Positions 28,733-38,491 of a DNA stretch of 64,000 nt are shown here, piece after piece (within the stretch, counting starts at the first letter, position 1; each line of letters begins with the position of its first letter). Position numbers and translations under genes: made by a program. The notes below the pieces were generated by a model. It ran no database searches and was not told the origin of the DNA. It saw nothing but the letters and a program-made list of their open reading frames with translations. Source of the stretch: Candidatus Chisholmbacteria bacterium RIFCSPHIGHO2_01_FULL_52_32 (GTDB taxonomy: Bacteria; Patescibacteriota; Microgenomatia; UBA1400; Chisholmbacteraceae); the NCBI GenBank assembly GCA_001816585.1, contig MHCJ01000007.1:2062-66061 (forward strand). Reading direction: 5' to 3'.

Positions 28733-29854
28733 TTAGCGATTTTCAAAGAAAGTGACTTCCCGGTAATGCTTGAAGTTCTGCCGACCTCCCACATTCCTTC
28801 GCATCACCGCATCGTAGGTTCTCCGCCGGAAGAGGAAGTAATCAAGGACAATACTCCCAGGGTATACGGTTGCAAGCGAATGGAGGCTCCTGCCGGAGAA
28901 TTGGAAAACCTTGGTACGTAAAAATATTGGCAGATGCCAAACAAGCGCACCATAGGCTTTGAGAACACTTAAAACGAAAGAAAATCTTCGCTCGGAAAGA
29001 TAATAAAGAATCGATCCGATATCAAAGAGACATCGAAGAATAAACAGCGGAAAATAGGGCCATAGGGAATTGTGCTTCAGAACAAAATAGAGGTTGTTTC
29101 GATGATTCATATAGATCTTCCGCCCAAGATTACGATTGCTGGTATAGGACCCGTAATGGTAAACCAGGCTTTCTGGAACAGAAAAAATCCTGTATCCCCG
29201 TTCCCGAAGGCGAACACAGAGATCAATCTCCTCAAAGTAGGAAAAGAAGTACTCATCGAATCCGCCCATATCCCATAACGCCTGCGTTCGAATCGCAAAA
29301 CAGGAACCCGATGCCCAGGTAATCTCGCAGGGATCATCGTACTGGCCAATGTCCTTCTCGATGGAATCAAAGATCCGGCCCCTGGTAAATGGGTAGCCAA
29401 ACCTATCCAAAAACCCTCCGGCCCCGCCGCTGTAGTCAAAGTAGGCTTTGAGGATATTTGAGCGAAGCTTCGGTTGAACGGCCACAACCCCAGGATACCG
29501 TTCTAAAAAAGAAACCAAAGGAGTCAGCCAGCCACGGGTAACGATACAATCGTTATTGAGAAACACCAAAATTTTTCCACGTGCCTTGGCAGCTGCCAGG
29601 TTACTACCTCGTGCATAGCCAACATTGACAGGAAACTGGATGAACTGTAGGGTGAGAAACCGAAGTTTCGCAATACCCCTTTCCAAAAGTGCGCGCTCCT
29701 TCTCCTGGGAACCGTTATCAACCAGAATCACTTCAAAAGGGAGGGCTGTGGTACATTTGGCAAGGGCCCTAAGACACTCCACAGTCACCTCTGCCCCGTC
29801 GGCGAAGAGGACTATAATGCTGACCATCGGCGCGTGTCCGCGATGAGTTTCCAT
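28733..29854 (-). CDS. GT2 glycosyltransferase (rhamnosyltransferase-like)
   Basis: VDNGS, FLNND, WASG, FFSYFEEIDLC. Confidence 0.9.
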   Translation of the reverse strand: METHRGHAPMVSIIVLFADGAEVTVECLRALAKCTTALPFEVILVDNGSQEKERALLERGIAKLRFLTLQFIQFPVNVGYARGSNLAAAKARGKILVFLNNDCIVTRGWLTPLVSFLERYPGVVAVQPKLRSNILKAYFDYSGGAGGFLDRFGYPFTRGRIFDSIEKDIGQYDDPCEITWASGSCFAIRTQALWDMGGFDEYFFSYFEEIDLCVRLRERGYRIFSVPESLVYHYGSYTSNRNLGRKIYMNHRNNLYFVLKHNSLWPYFPLFILRCLFDIGSILYYLSERRFSFVLSVLKAYGALVWHLPIFLRTKVFQFSGRSLHSLATVYPGSIVLDYFLFRRRTYDAVMRRNVGGRQNFKHYREVTFFENR

Positions 29855-30055
29855 GGAACTGGTTTCAAGACTCTGCAGGTACTCTGAAACTTGGGTTCAG
29901 CTTTCTTAAGTAATTGTGAGTTTTGAAACGACTTAACTTTAACAAATTATTGTTCTCATAGATGCGGCCGCACATTTGACAACAATATTTATCGTAAACA
30001 TATATGGAATAACCAAAGGATCAACCCTTTGAGGTGTGCTTTCAGTCTTCAGTCT

Positions 30056-31198
30056 TCAGTCTTCAATTGCCTCCTCGTAAATCCGAAACAGCTTCTTTTG
30101 CATAACAGATAGACTGAAATGCGCAAGGTAGCGCCGCCGAGCCGCCTGCCCCAACCTCCCTCTTAAGTCCGCGTCCAAAACTAGCCGTTCAAGTGCCTCC
30201 GCCAAATCGCCCACGCTTCCAGGCCGCACCAACAACCCCGTCTGTCCATCAACGACCATCTCGGGCAACGCTCCCAGCCGTGAGGCCACCACAGGAATCC
30301 CAAAGCTCATCGCCTCACAAACTACCAGGCCATACCCTTCAGCCTTCGGCGGAACATGGACCAAGATATCCGCCGCCGGGTAAAACTCCGAAACCAGCCG
30401 GTCATAGGAAACAAAATCATGCTGCGTAATCCCGTAAGATTTGTCATTTGTCATTTGTAATTTGTAATTTTTAGGCACCGGTCCCAAAATCGTCAACCGC
30501 ACCGTATCTCCCAACATCTCTCTCACTTTCCGGTATGCCTCCCACAAAATCATTCCCCCCTTCCGCTCAAACCACACTCCGGCAAAAAGTAGTCGAACCG
30601 GACCAACCTTTCGAACCGAAGGTTCCGCTCGATCCGATAGGCCCGGATAGATAACCGCGATTTTTGCGGGATCAGCTCCCAGTGCAATATGCTCCTGTTT
30701 GGCAAACTCACTCATCACCAAGAGTTTCGAGAAATTGCCCAGGGAAAGATCCTGGTCATAAACGGAAAGGAGGGAATGCATCGCCCGCCGCAATCCGTAC
30801 GTAGCCTCGATGCGAAGCCTTCCCTGACCAAAGTATTGAGAAAGCCCCCAACGATTGGGGATACTGTCCCCCATGACCACGGGAATGTGTCGCAAAGACC
30901 CCGAAAGCCGAAGTGTATACGCATGGCAGTGGACAAGATCGAACTTCCCCAAAATCTCAACATCAACGGTTCCTGCCGAAAGGGGCAGGATACGAAACTT
31001 CACCAGCGTCCGAAGAAAAGCGTGGAAGGAGCCATACCGAACCTCCCCCTTCTTAAGCGCGTCCGTATGGTGCACGTACGTCACGCCGGGTGGCGGATTG
31101 GCAAGCAGCGTCCGGGTATAGGTATTCTCCCCACCCATCAGAAACTTGAGGTTCAAAGGAACATCTGGATCGAGCGGTGAAATCAAAAGCACCCGCAT
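30056..31198 (-). CDS. GT4 glycosyltransferase
   Basis: EGYGLVVCEAMSFGIPVV; likely start MRVLLIS. Confidence 0.9.
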   Translation of the reverse strand: MRVLLISPLDPDVPLNLKFLMGGENTYTRTLLANPPPGVTYVHHTDALKKGEVRYGSFHAFLRTLVKFRILPLSAGTVDVEILGKFDLVHCHAYTLRLSGSLRHIPVVMGDSIPNRWGLSQYFGQGRLRIEATYGLRRAMHSLLSVYDQDLSLGNFSKLLVMSEFAKQEHIALGADPAKIAVIYPGLSDRAEPSVRKVGPVRLLFAGVWFERKGGMILWEAYRKVREMLGDTVRLTILGPVPKNYKLQMTNDKSYGITQHDFVSYDRLVSEFYPAADILVHVPPKAEGYGLVVCEAMSFGIPVVASRLGALPEMVVDGQTGLLVRPGSVGDLAEALERLVLDADLRGRLGQAARRRYLAHFSLSVMQKKLFRIYEEAIED

Positions 31199-31211
31199 AA
31201 TAAAGCGCAGC

Positions 31212-31274
31212 ACTCTGCTCTCTGCTATTCGCTATTCGCTATTCGCTATTCGCTATTCGCTATTCGCTATTCGC
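31212..31274. repeat. heptamer tandem repeat (TATTCGC)n
   Basis: about 7 perfect units plus degenerate ones between divergent genes. Confidence 0.95.
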
Positions 31275-31351
31275 TTTCAATCATATCCTATCAGACCAAC
31301 CAATAATCGTCTTTCTTGTCATACCCAGGGAAAGTATGCTACCCTGCCGCT

Positions 31352-32254
31352 ATGCGCATCCTTCTCACCGGCTCAAACTCGCTCCTCGGAAAAGCGCTTT
31401 GGGAAACAGCTCCGAAAGTATCCTCTCTCATCCTCACCTTCCTCCCTTCCGCTGAGCCAAGCCAAACACGATGGGAAACAGCACCGATGGATATCACCGA
31501 CAAAGCTGCGGTGAAACACACCCTCGCCCGCTTCAAACCCGATTGGATCATTCATTGTGCCGCCCTGTCCGATGTCGATTCCTGCGAGAAAAACCCCGAC
31601 CAAGCCTATGCCGTCAATGTCTTCGGCACGGAGAACCTCGTGAACACGGCAAAAAAGGCTGGCTTACGCTTTCTCTTTACCTCCTCAAACGGTATTTTTG
31701 ACGGTAAACGCACCCTCTATACCGAACGCGACAAGCCCCATCCGCTGCATACTTACGGAAAAACGAAGCTTGAAGCCGAACAGCTCATCACTCGCTCCAA
31801 AGTCCCATCCATAATCGTCCGTCCGAACGCCATGTATGGCTGGCCCCCCGTTGGTGCCCGCCAAAACCCGGTCACCTGGGCAGTGGAGCAGTTGAGTGAA
31901 GGCATCACCCTCGATATGGTGAGCGACACCTTCATAAGTCCGCTCTACGCGCCATCAGCGGCAGAGGCTATTTGGAAACTCGTTAAGACCGACACAAGAG
32001 GCATATACCACATCGCAGGGAAAACCCGCGTCAGCCGTTTTACGTGGACGAAGGAGATCGCCAGGGTTTTCGGCTTCAACCCCTCCTTGGTCCGGCCGGT
32101 AAAAAGTGGTTTCTTTCCGAACCTCGCACCACGCCCAAAAGACACCTCATTCTCAACTGCCCGCCTTGAACAAACCATCGATTGGAAGCCGCTCACGCTG
32201 AAACAGGGACTCATGAGAATGAAAAAAGAGTCAGATCAATTGCTCCACTGTTAA
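31352..32254 (+). CDS. rmlD: dTDP-4-dehydrorhamnose reductase-like SDR
   Basis: GSNSLLG, HCAA..DVD.CE, YGKTK, APRP. Confidence 0.8.
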   Translation: MRILLTGSNSLLGKALWETAPKVSSLILTFLPSAEPSQTRWETAPMDITDKAAVKHTLARFKPDWIIHCAALSDVDSCEKNPDQAYAVNVFGTENLVNTAKKAGLRFLFTSSNGIFDGKRTLYTERDKPHPLHTYGKTKLEAEQLITRSKVPSIIVRPNAMYGWPPVGARQNPVTWAVEQLSEGITLDMVSDTFISPLYAPSAAEAIWKLVKTDTRGIYHIAGKTRVSRFTWTKEIARVFGFNPSLVRPVKSGFFPNLAPRPKDTSFSTARLEQTIDWKPLTLKQGLMRMKKESDQLLHC

Positions 32255-32315
32255 ATTGTTAAATTGCTGTAGTGAAAAAAACAATAGAACAATACAACAA
32301 TAAAACAGTCAGACG

Positions 32316-33347
32316 GTGAAGAAACAGTTCATTGCGAACAAAAGAGCTGAGGTTGAGTTTCGCACTCGGCTTCAAGAGGGTGCGTACGTAAGCCGCGAGC
32401 CGAGCGGCAATGAACTCCTCTCCGAACTCACGAAACGGGTAGAAAAAGCAAGAATCATCTTCCGTGCGCACGAACAGGAAACCAGCTTTTCTCCATTCCT
32501 TGAGATCGGGGCCGAGCGCGGCCAGCGTTCCATGCTTCTTGCGTCGGAATTCCGCGCCCAAGGATTCATGCTCGATCTCTCCCTTGACAGCCTACGGGAA
32601 GCCGAAGCGCTGCGCCGCCCCCTGAAGCTCAATAAAATCCCGCAAAGCGTCGTAGCCGATGCCTACAACCTTCCTTTTCCAAACAATTCGTTTGCCTTCA
32701 TCATTGCATTCCAGACCATCCACCACTTTCCTGATCCCGAACCTATCCTCCGGGAAGTCAATCGGGTCCTTGCCCCCGGAGGAGTATTTATCCTCGACGA
32801 AGAACCGATTCGCCAAAGCTTCAACGTGCGCCTTTGGCGAAGGCCGACCATACTTCGCTGGTGGGAAAAGATACTTAAAGCAACTATCCTCCTCCACTTC
32901 CTCTCCGAAATCGGAAAAAGCGAAACCGATGCCGGCATTATCGAGACATCATTCAGTCTTCCTACTTGGGAAAAGGCATTGAACGTCTTCGAAACAGCAA
33001 AAGCCGCCCTCACCGTCTTCCCATTCGGACCAACCGAGACAATATCCAAAACCGGTCAAGAAAAATGGCTTAATCCTTCATTGCCAACCCGAATCCTCCT
33101 CAAACTTCTTGGGGGGAACATCCAAGCCATCTGTACAAAATCTCCTAATAAGCGAAGAAGCTACAAGCTACAAGCTAAACATCTGCTCCCACCATTCGTC
33201 TGTCCTTCCTGCCCTCCCCACCCGCTATTGGAACAACGGCTGGGGAGCTGGTATTGCCTAACCTGCAAAAATACCTATCCTGTTAAAGACGGCATCCCGA
33301 TCCTGATTGAACGCACACTCCGCCAAACCCTATATCCTAATGCCTAA
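32316..33347 (+). CDS. class I SAM methyltransferase with a C-terminal Trm112-like Zn ribbon
   Basis: LEIGAERG, LPFPNNSF, RVLAPGG; CPSC...CLTC..YPVKDGIP. Confidence 0.85.
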   Translation: MKKQFIANKRAEVEFRTRLQEGAYVSREPSGNELLSELTKRVEKARIIFRAHEQETSFSPFLEIGAERGQRSMLLASEFRAQGFMLDLSLDSLREAEALRRPLKLNKIPQSVVADAYNLPFPNNSFAFIIAFQTIHHFPDPEPILREVNRVLAPGGVFILDEEPIRQSFNVRLWRRPTILRWWEKILKATILLHFLSEIGKSETDAGIIETSFSLPTWEKALNVFETAKAALTVFPFGPTETISKTGQEKWLNPSLPTRILLKLLGGNIQAICTKSPNKRRSYKLQAKHLLPPFVCPSCPPHPLLEQRLGSWYCLTCKNTYPVKDGIPILIERTLRQTLYPNA

Positions 33348-34155
33348 ACCCTACATCCTAATGCCTTCCATCTCCATCATCATTCCAACGTCGGGAGACA
33401 GTCCCCATCTTGAGGACTGTCTCTCCTCAATCAAAAAACTTGACTACAATCCCAAACACATCCAAACAATCGTCATCACCAATCGCGATCTAAAAAAGAC
33501 AGGTCGATCCTTTAGCTTCTCACGCGCCGTCAATCTTGCCGCAACGAAGGCGCGCGGTGAGTATTTCCTCATCACCAACGACGATATCGTCTTTGCTCCG
33601 GCATCCCTCAAATCCTTGGTCAAGGCCAAGAAGCGCAATCCCAATACCATTCTCGGAGGAAAACTCTTTGATAAAACGACACACGAACCCGCTGCAGCGG
33701 GATACACCATGAATCTTTTGCTTGGAATCATTAGACCGGTTTTCACCGGTAACAAGCCAACACCCTGCGACTGGGTTTCAGCTTGTGCCCTCTTGCTAAG
33801 TCAAGAGCTCTGGAAAAAGCTCCAAGGGTTTGATGAACGCTTTGCTCCCGGTTTTTTCGAGGACGCGGATTTGTGCCTCCGTGCCGGAACCCTCGGCGTC
33901 AAAAGCCTTCTCATTCCTGAAGTCGAGCTTCTCCATGCCCAAACCGCCACCTTCAACCGCGATAAATCAAAGAAGTACGAGTATTGGTACCGAAATAAAA
34001 TCCTTTTCCTGAGGAAACACGCCTCACCCATCAAGCTTGCCACAAACCTCCTTGTGCAGTATGCTCTCTTCACTCCTTTCAGAGGTCTGATTCTGCATGA
34101 CGGCCGTTTCCTACCTGCCCTCAAAGGTCTCACATGGAATCTGAAACACCTCTAA
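33340..34155 (+). CDS. GT2 glycosyltransferase
   Basis: SIIIPT, TNDD, GFDERF..FFEDADLC; start at 33340 or 33361. Confidence 0.88.
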   Translation: MPKPYILMPSISIIIPTSGDSPHLEDCLSSIKKLDYNPKHIQTIVITNRDLKKTGRSFSFSRAVNLAATKARGEYFLITNDDIVFAPASLKSLVKAKKRNPNTILGGKLFDKTTHEPAAAGYTMNLLLGIIRPVFTGNKPTPCDWVSACALLLSQELWKKLQGFDERFAPGFFEDADLCLRAGTLGVKSLLIPEVELLHAQTATFNRDKSKKYEYWYRNKILFLRKHASPIKLATNLLVQYALFTPFRGLILHDGRFLPALKGLTWNLKHL

Positions 34156-34230
34156 ATGTACTTTCTCACGAACGATCGTCGCATCGTTAGGTACATTTCG
34201 ATAAGAAGAATTGTTTAGGAAAAATATTCG

Positions 34231-36090
34231 ATGAATATTGCTATCGTCTCCGCAGGTTTAAGCACCCATTCTGGCCTCCGCGCCCCAATTGAGCTTGCCA
34301 AGGCCCTCAAAGCCCTCGGCCACCAAATCACGTTCTATGCTCTCTCCAAAGGAAAAGACAACCCGGCAGTCAACGATCTTCGAAGAACAGGGATTCGCGT
34401 TTCCGTCGTAAACGCCCGGTCTCTGCTTACACAAATCCTAATCCTGAAAAAAAAGCTTGAGGCTGGCAATCATGACATTATTTCGGCACACTGTTTCGTA
34501 AGCCAGCTCCTGGCTGCGCGCCTCACAGGTATCCCGGTCGTTTGGACCTACTACGGCACCCAGTTAAACGTCCTTCGCGAACACGTGTTCCCAACCAAGA
34601 ATACGGTGATTGACACAATCGATAGCCTCCTCAACCTGACTATCCGCCTCAAAACGCAAGCAATGGCTTGGCTGGCCGACGAAATCCTGTCGATTAGCAA
34701 TAGCGCAAAGCAGGAGCTTAAAAAGCTCTACGGCCGCAAACCCTTTGCCACCGTCCCCCTCGGCTCCGCCCCACCATCCTTCACAACAAAACCGCTTTCT
34801 CTCTCTCTACGCCCTACGCCCTACGCCCTAAGCCCTAAAATCATTCTCTCCGTCAGCCGTATCACTCCCTACAAAGGCTTTCATCTCCTCATCAGAGTGG
34901 TAAACAGGCTTTCAAAACGCATTCCCGATCTGAAACTTGTGATCGTCGGCTCTGCCCCCCTTCCCCGGTATCTCTCCTACCTTAAAAAAATCTCCGGTTC
35001 CTCTGTGGAAATTATCGTCAATCCAAGTGACGCCAAACTGGTCACGCTTTTCCGACAAGCCAAAATCTACGCGACGGCGGATGAGTACCTGTTCTACGGA
35101 CTCCCGATTTGGGAAGCCTCATCATTTGGCATCCCCTCTGTTGCACTCAAACGCAAAGCCGCTTCCGAAGCGATCGTTCACGGAAAAACCGGCTTTCTTG
35201 CAAAAAACGAGGCTGATCTCGAAGAGTACCTCGAACGGTTACTTACGAATCCAAAACTCTGTCAGCGTATGGGGGAAAAAGCCAGAGAACTCGCTTCCCA
35301 TCGGACCTGGGGAAAAACCGCCCGAAGCTACGAAGGGATACTCCGACAAGTCCTGACCAAACTCTATCTCCCCCTGATCCCGACGGGCTTCTATAGCCTA
35401 ATGAAAAATCTTCAAACGCAAAGAAACCTCACCCTTGCCGACCTCGGATCAGATACGGGAATGAATCTTAAGATTCTGGGAAAACTTGATCTCCTCCGCC
35501 CCATCGCCAAGTTGATAGCTGTCGACATCGATACCAAAAATCTCAAACCCCTCGCCAGAGAAGATCCCAAAGTCCAAATACTCCAAGCGAACCTCACCAG
35601 CCTAAGAAGGGTCCCGAAAAACTCCGTTAACACCATAATCTGTACACAAGTCATTGAACACATTGAAAATCAACAAAAAGCGCTCTCGGAAATTGCCAGG
35701 GTTCTCAAACCGGGAGGAAAGCTGTTCTTAAGTTCGGTTGCAAAAAAATGGTATGGCCTCTACTGGCACAACAATAAAAAGGGAAAAATTGTCGTCCACC
35801 CAGACCACGTCCATGAATTCAGCAGTGTTGAGGAGTTTATTGACCTGATTCAGTCATCAGGACTAACCGTGATCAGATCTGAGCAACTTCCGGGTAGGTT
35901 TCCGCTTTTTGATTACTTCCTTCGTGCGATAAACCTTCTTGCAGGAAAACCAACTTCAGCCGAACACCGGGATTTCTACCTAAAACATCCTCGCCTCATC
36001 CGCTGGCACAAACATCTTTCCTTCCTTCCCATCCCCGGATACTCGATTGTTGAGGCACTCGCTCAAAAACCAATGAGGGAACAGAAATAA
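34231..36090 (+). CDS. GT4 fused to a C-terminal SAM methyltransferase
   Basis: SRITPYKG, YGLPIWEA; then DLGSDTG, VIEH, RVLKPGG. Confidence 0.88.
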   Translation: MNIAIVSAGLSTHSGLRAPIELAKALKALGHQITFYALSKGKDNPAVNDLRRTGIRVSVVNARSLLTQILILKKKLEAGNHDIISAHCFVSQLLAARLTGIPVVWTYYGTQLNVLREHVFPTKNTVIDTIDSLLNLTIRLKTQAMAWLADEILSISNSAKQELKKLYGRKPFATVPLGSAPPSFTTKPLSLSLRPTPYALSPKIILSVSRITPYKGFHLLIRVVNRLSKRIPDLKLVIVGSAPLPRYLSYLKKISGSSVEIIVNPSDAKLVTLFRQAKIYATADEYLFYGLPIWEASSFGIPSVALKRKAASEAIVHGKTGFLAKNEADLEEYLERLLTNPKLCQRMGEKARELASHRTWGKTARSYEGILRQVLTKLYLPLIPTGFYSLMKNLQTQRNLTLADLGSDTGMNLKILGKLDLLRPIAKLIAVDIDTKNLKPLAREDPKVQILQANLTSLRRVPKNSVNTIICTQVIEHIENQQKALSEIARVLKPGGKLFLSSVAKKWYGLYWHNNKKGKIVVHPDHVHEFSSVEEFIDLIQSSGLTVIRSEQLPGRFPLFDYFLRAINLLAGKPTSAEHRDFYLKHPRLIRWHKHLSFLPIPGYSIVEALAQKPMREQK

Positions 36091-37010
36091 TGAACCAAAG
36101 CAGCCTCACAACCATCCTTCATTCCCTCAACTTCGACCGTCAATTTCTCTTCAGCCCATTTCCGAAAACCCTCAGCGACCGCCTGGAATTTATTGTGAGA
36201 AAATACTCGCTTCTGTTGAACCATCACTACTTGGGAAGACCGGTGAGACTCGGAGATTCCAAAGTGAGGATCAACGGACGCTTCTTCTACTACGAATCCA
36301 CCCTGGGCATTGCCCCCTATCAAACTATGCTTGTCAACTTCGAAAACCGCTATCTTCCCTATCTCCAAAATCTGCATAAACCGCTCGTTATTGACATCGG
36401 CGCCCACATCGGGTTTTTCTCCCTCACGGCGGCAAAGCTTTGCAAACCATCCCGCATTTTCGCCTGCGAACCGCTTAGGCTTACCTTCAGCCTCCTCAAA
36501 AAAAATTGCACTGGGGAAAAAGCCATCATCCCAATCCACCTCGGATTTTGGAACAAGCCAACGCGCCACAAAATGTTCTATACGGAAAGCTTCCTTGCCT
36601 ATAGCTCCCTCTTTCCCGAACGCTTCACCTGGAACAACCACCCAATGACGCAAACAGTGAAGGTTACAACCCTCGATGCATTCGCAAAGCGGAACCACAT
36701 TGATCGAATTGATCTCTTAAAGATCGATGCCGAAGGGGCCGAAGAGCAAATTCTTAAAGGGGCAAGCCAAACGCTGACAAAAACGATCTATCTTCTCATC
36801 GAATGCTCCTTCGACCAGCTTGGTGGAAGTACGATGAGCTCTCTGGTAAAACATCTCCATGGCAAAGAAAAGAATTTTCAACTCATTGAAATTGGTGATA
36901 TTCGGCGCACTCCCCAAAGAGAACTCGCGACCATCGATTTCTTCTTCAAGAACCTTCGATTTAAAGGGGCGAGGCAAAAACAATACCCTTTACCCGCAAG
37001 CATCGGCTGA
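36090..37010 (+). CDS. FkbM family methyltransferase
   Basis: IDIGAHIG, CEP, LLKIDAEGAE. Confidence 0.9.
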   Translation: MNQSSLTTILHSLNFDRQFLFSPFPKTLSDRLEFIVRKYSLLLNHHYLGRPVRLGDSKVRINGRFFYYESTLGIAPYQTMLVNFENRYLPYLQNLHKPLVIDIGAHIGFFSLTAAKLCKPSRIFACEPLRLTFSLLKKNCTGEKAIIPIHLGFWNKPTRHKMFYTESFLAYSSLFPERFTWNNHPMTQTVKVTTLDAFAKRNHIDRIDLLKIDAEGAEEQILKGASQTLTKTIYLLIECSFDQLGGSTMSSLVKHLHGKEKNFQLIEIGDIRRTPQRELATIDFFFKNLRFKGARQKQYPLPASIG

Positions 37011-37034
37011 CTAAGCTAAAATAACTGACAAATC

Positions 37035-38405
37035 ATGAAAGGAAAGCCCTTAACTACCATCATCCTTCTTGGCATATTCTTGAGAGTCATCTTCCTCTTC
37101 CACCACAATATCTGGCTTGATGAATCCATAAGCATCCTCATCTCACGGCTCGCAATCCCCAGGCTCCTCTCAGTCGCCAGCTACGACAACAACCCACCGC
37201 TCTTCTATCTCTTACTCCACTTCTGGATGAAGGTTTCCCAAAATCCCATTTGGCTTCGCACGCTATCTCTCCTCTTCTCGACAGCGACGATTCCCGCAGT
37301 CTTCCTCCTTGCACGCTCTCTTGCAAATCAGAAAACCGCGGTCCTTTCATCACTGCTCGTTGCGATCATGCCTGCGCAGCTCTACTATTCCGGCGAGATC
37401 CGCTTCTACTCTCTTCTAATCCTCCAATCCGCTCTCCTTTTCTCAATCGCTCTCAGAAAGAACAAACCCCAGGGAGTTCCGCTTACCGCCCTTCTCACCG
37501 CAACTATCCTTACCCACTATACCGGTATCCTAGGAATTGCTTTGGCATTCTTCCTGATATGGAAAAAGTCAAAGCGACACATTTGGGTATGGATAACAAG
37601 TGCTGCTCTCGCTCTTCTCCTAAGCGCTCCTTGGATAACGCTAACGCTCTCAAAGCCACATCCGACACCCTGGACTCCGAATCCCCTCTTATCTGTTGCG
37701 TTCATGCCGATTGCGGCGACCACCGGTCTGGTGGGAATTGCTCCGCCCTCTACGCTCTCCCTTCTCCATGCCGCCCTCCGCTTCCTGATCGTCATCGTGG
37801 GCTTACTCTTTCTTTTGGCATTGGGAGCTCAACTTCGAACACCAGCGTCCAAGCTCACCGCCATAGTCGCAGTCATACTGGTCCTTTTGGCCGCAAGCCT
37901 CTTCCCCATCCTCTCGCCCCGCCTCATTCTTCCCTTCACACCCCTGCTCTATGTCTTCGCTGCAACATTCCTTGAGAAAAGTGCCTCCCTTCGCCTGGTA
38001 TTTCTTACCGCCACGACGGCCATAAGCGTCGCAAGTTTCCTCGTCCCAATGCGAGGGCCGCTGATCCAAACCGCCCTCGGAGCGTACCGAAACTCCGCCT
38101 TCCCCACCTACCACACCGCCCTGACCACGTTCTATCCTACTTCGGTTCTCCGAACAAACTCGGATATCTACCTCGGCCCCCGCACCTTTCCCACTCAAAT
38201 GACCGACGTAATCGGTGGCACACCGAAACCCATTGAATCAGTCGCCGAGAACCCCACATTTACACTCATTATCGATGAAAAAAATACCGATGAAAAAACG
38301 AAAAATGCCATAAAAGAACAACTTAAGTTTACACACGAGATGACAAAGCGATTTGATGCTGACTCAATCACCGTCCAAATGTATGAAAGAAAATCCAACC
38401 CCTAA
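37035..38405 (+). CDS. GT-C glycosyltransferase (GT39/PMT-like)
   Basis: WLDE, PPLFY, E.RFYS, THY; multi-TM. Confidence 0.85.
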   Translation: MKGKPLTTIILLGIFLRVIFLFHHNIWLDESISILISRLAIPRLLSVASYDNNPPLFYLLLHFWMKVSQNPIWLRTLSLLFSTATIPAVFLLARSLANQKTAVLSSLLVAIMPAQLYYSGEIRFYSLLILQSALLFSIALRKNKPQGVPLTALLTATILTHYTGILGIALAFFLIWKKSKRHIWVWITSAALALLLSAPWITLTLSKPHPTPWTPNPLLSVAFMPIAATTGLVGIAPPSTLSLLHAALRFLIVIVGLLFLLALGAQLRTPASKLTAIVAVILVLLAASLFPILSPRLILPFTPLLYVFAATFLEKSASLRLVFLTATTAISVASFLVPMRGPLIQTALGAYRNSAFPTYHTALTTFYPTSVLRTNSDIYLGPRTFPTQMTDVIGGTPKPIESVAENPTFTLIIDEKNTDEKTKNAIKEQLKFTHEMTKRFDADSITVQMYERKSNP

Positions 38406-38491
38406 TTTAAGAATTGTTGTATTGCTAAATTGTTAAATTGTTAAAACAATAGAACAATGAGCGAGCGCTAGTGAGCGATAACAATAGAACA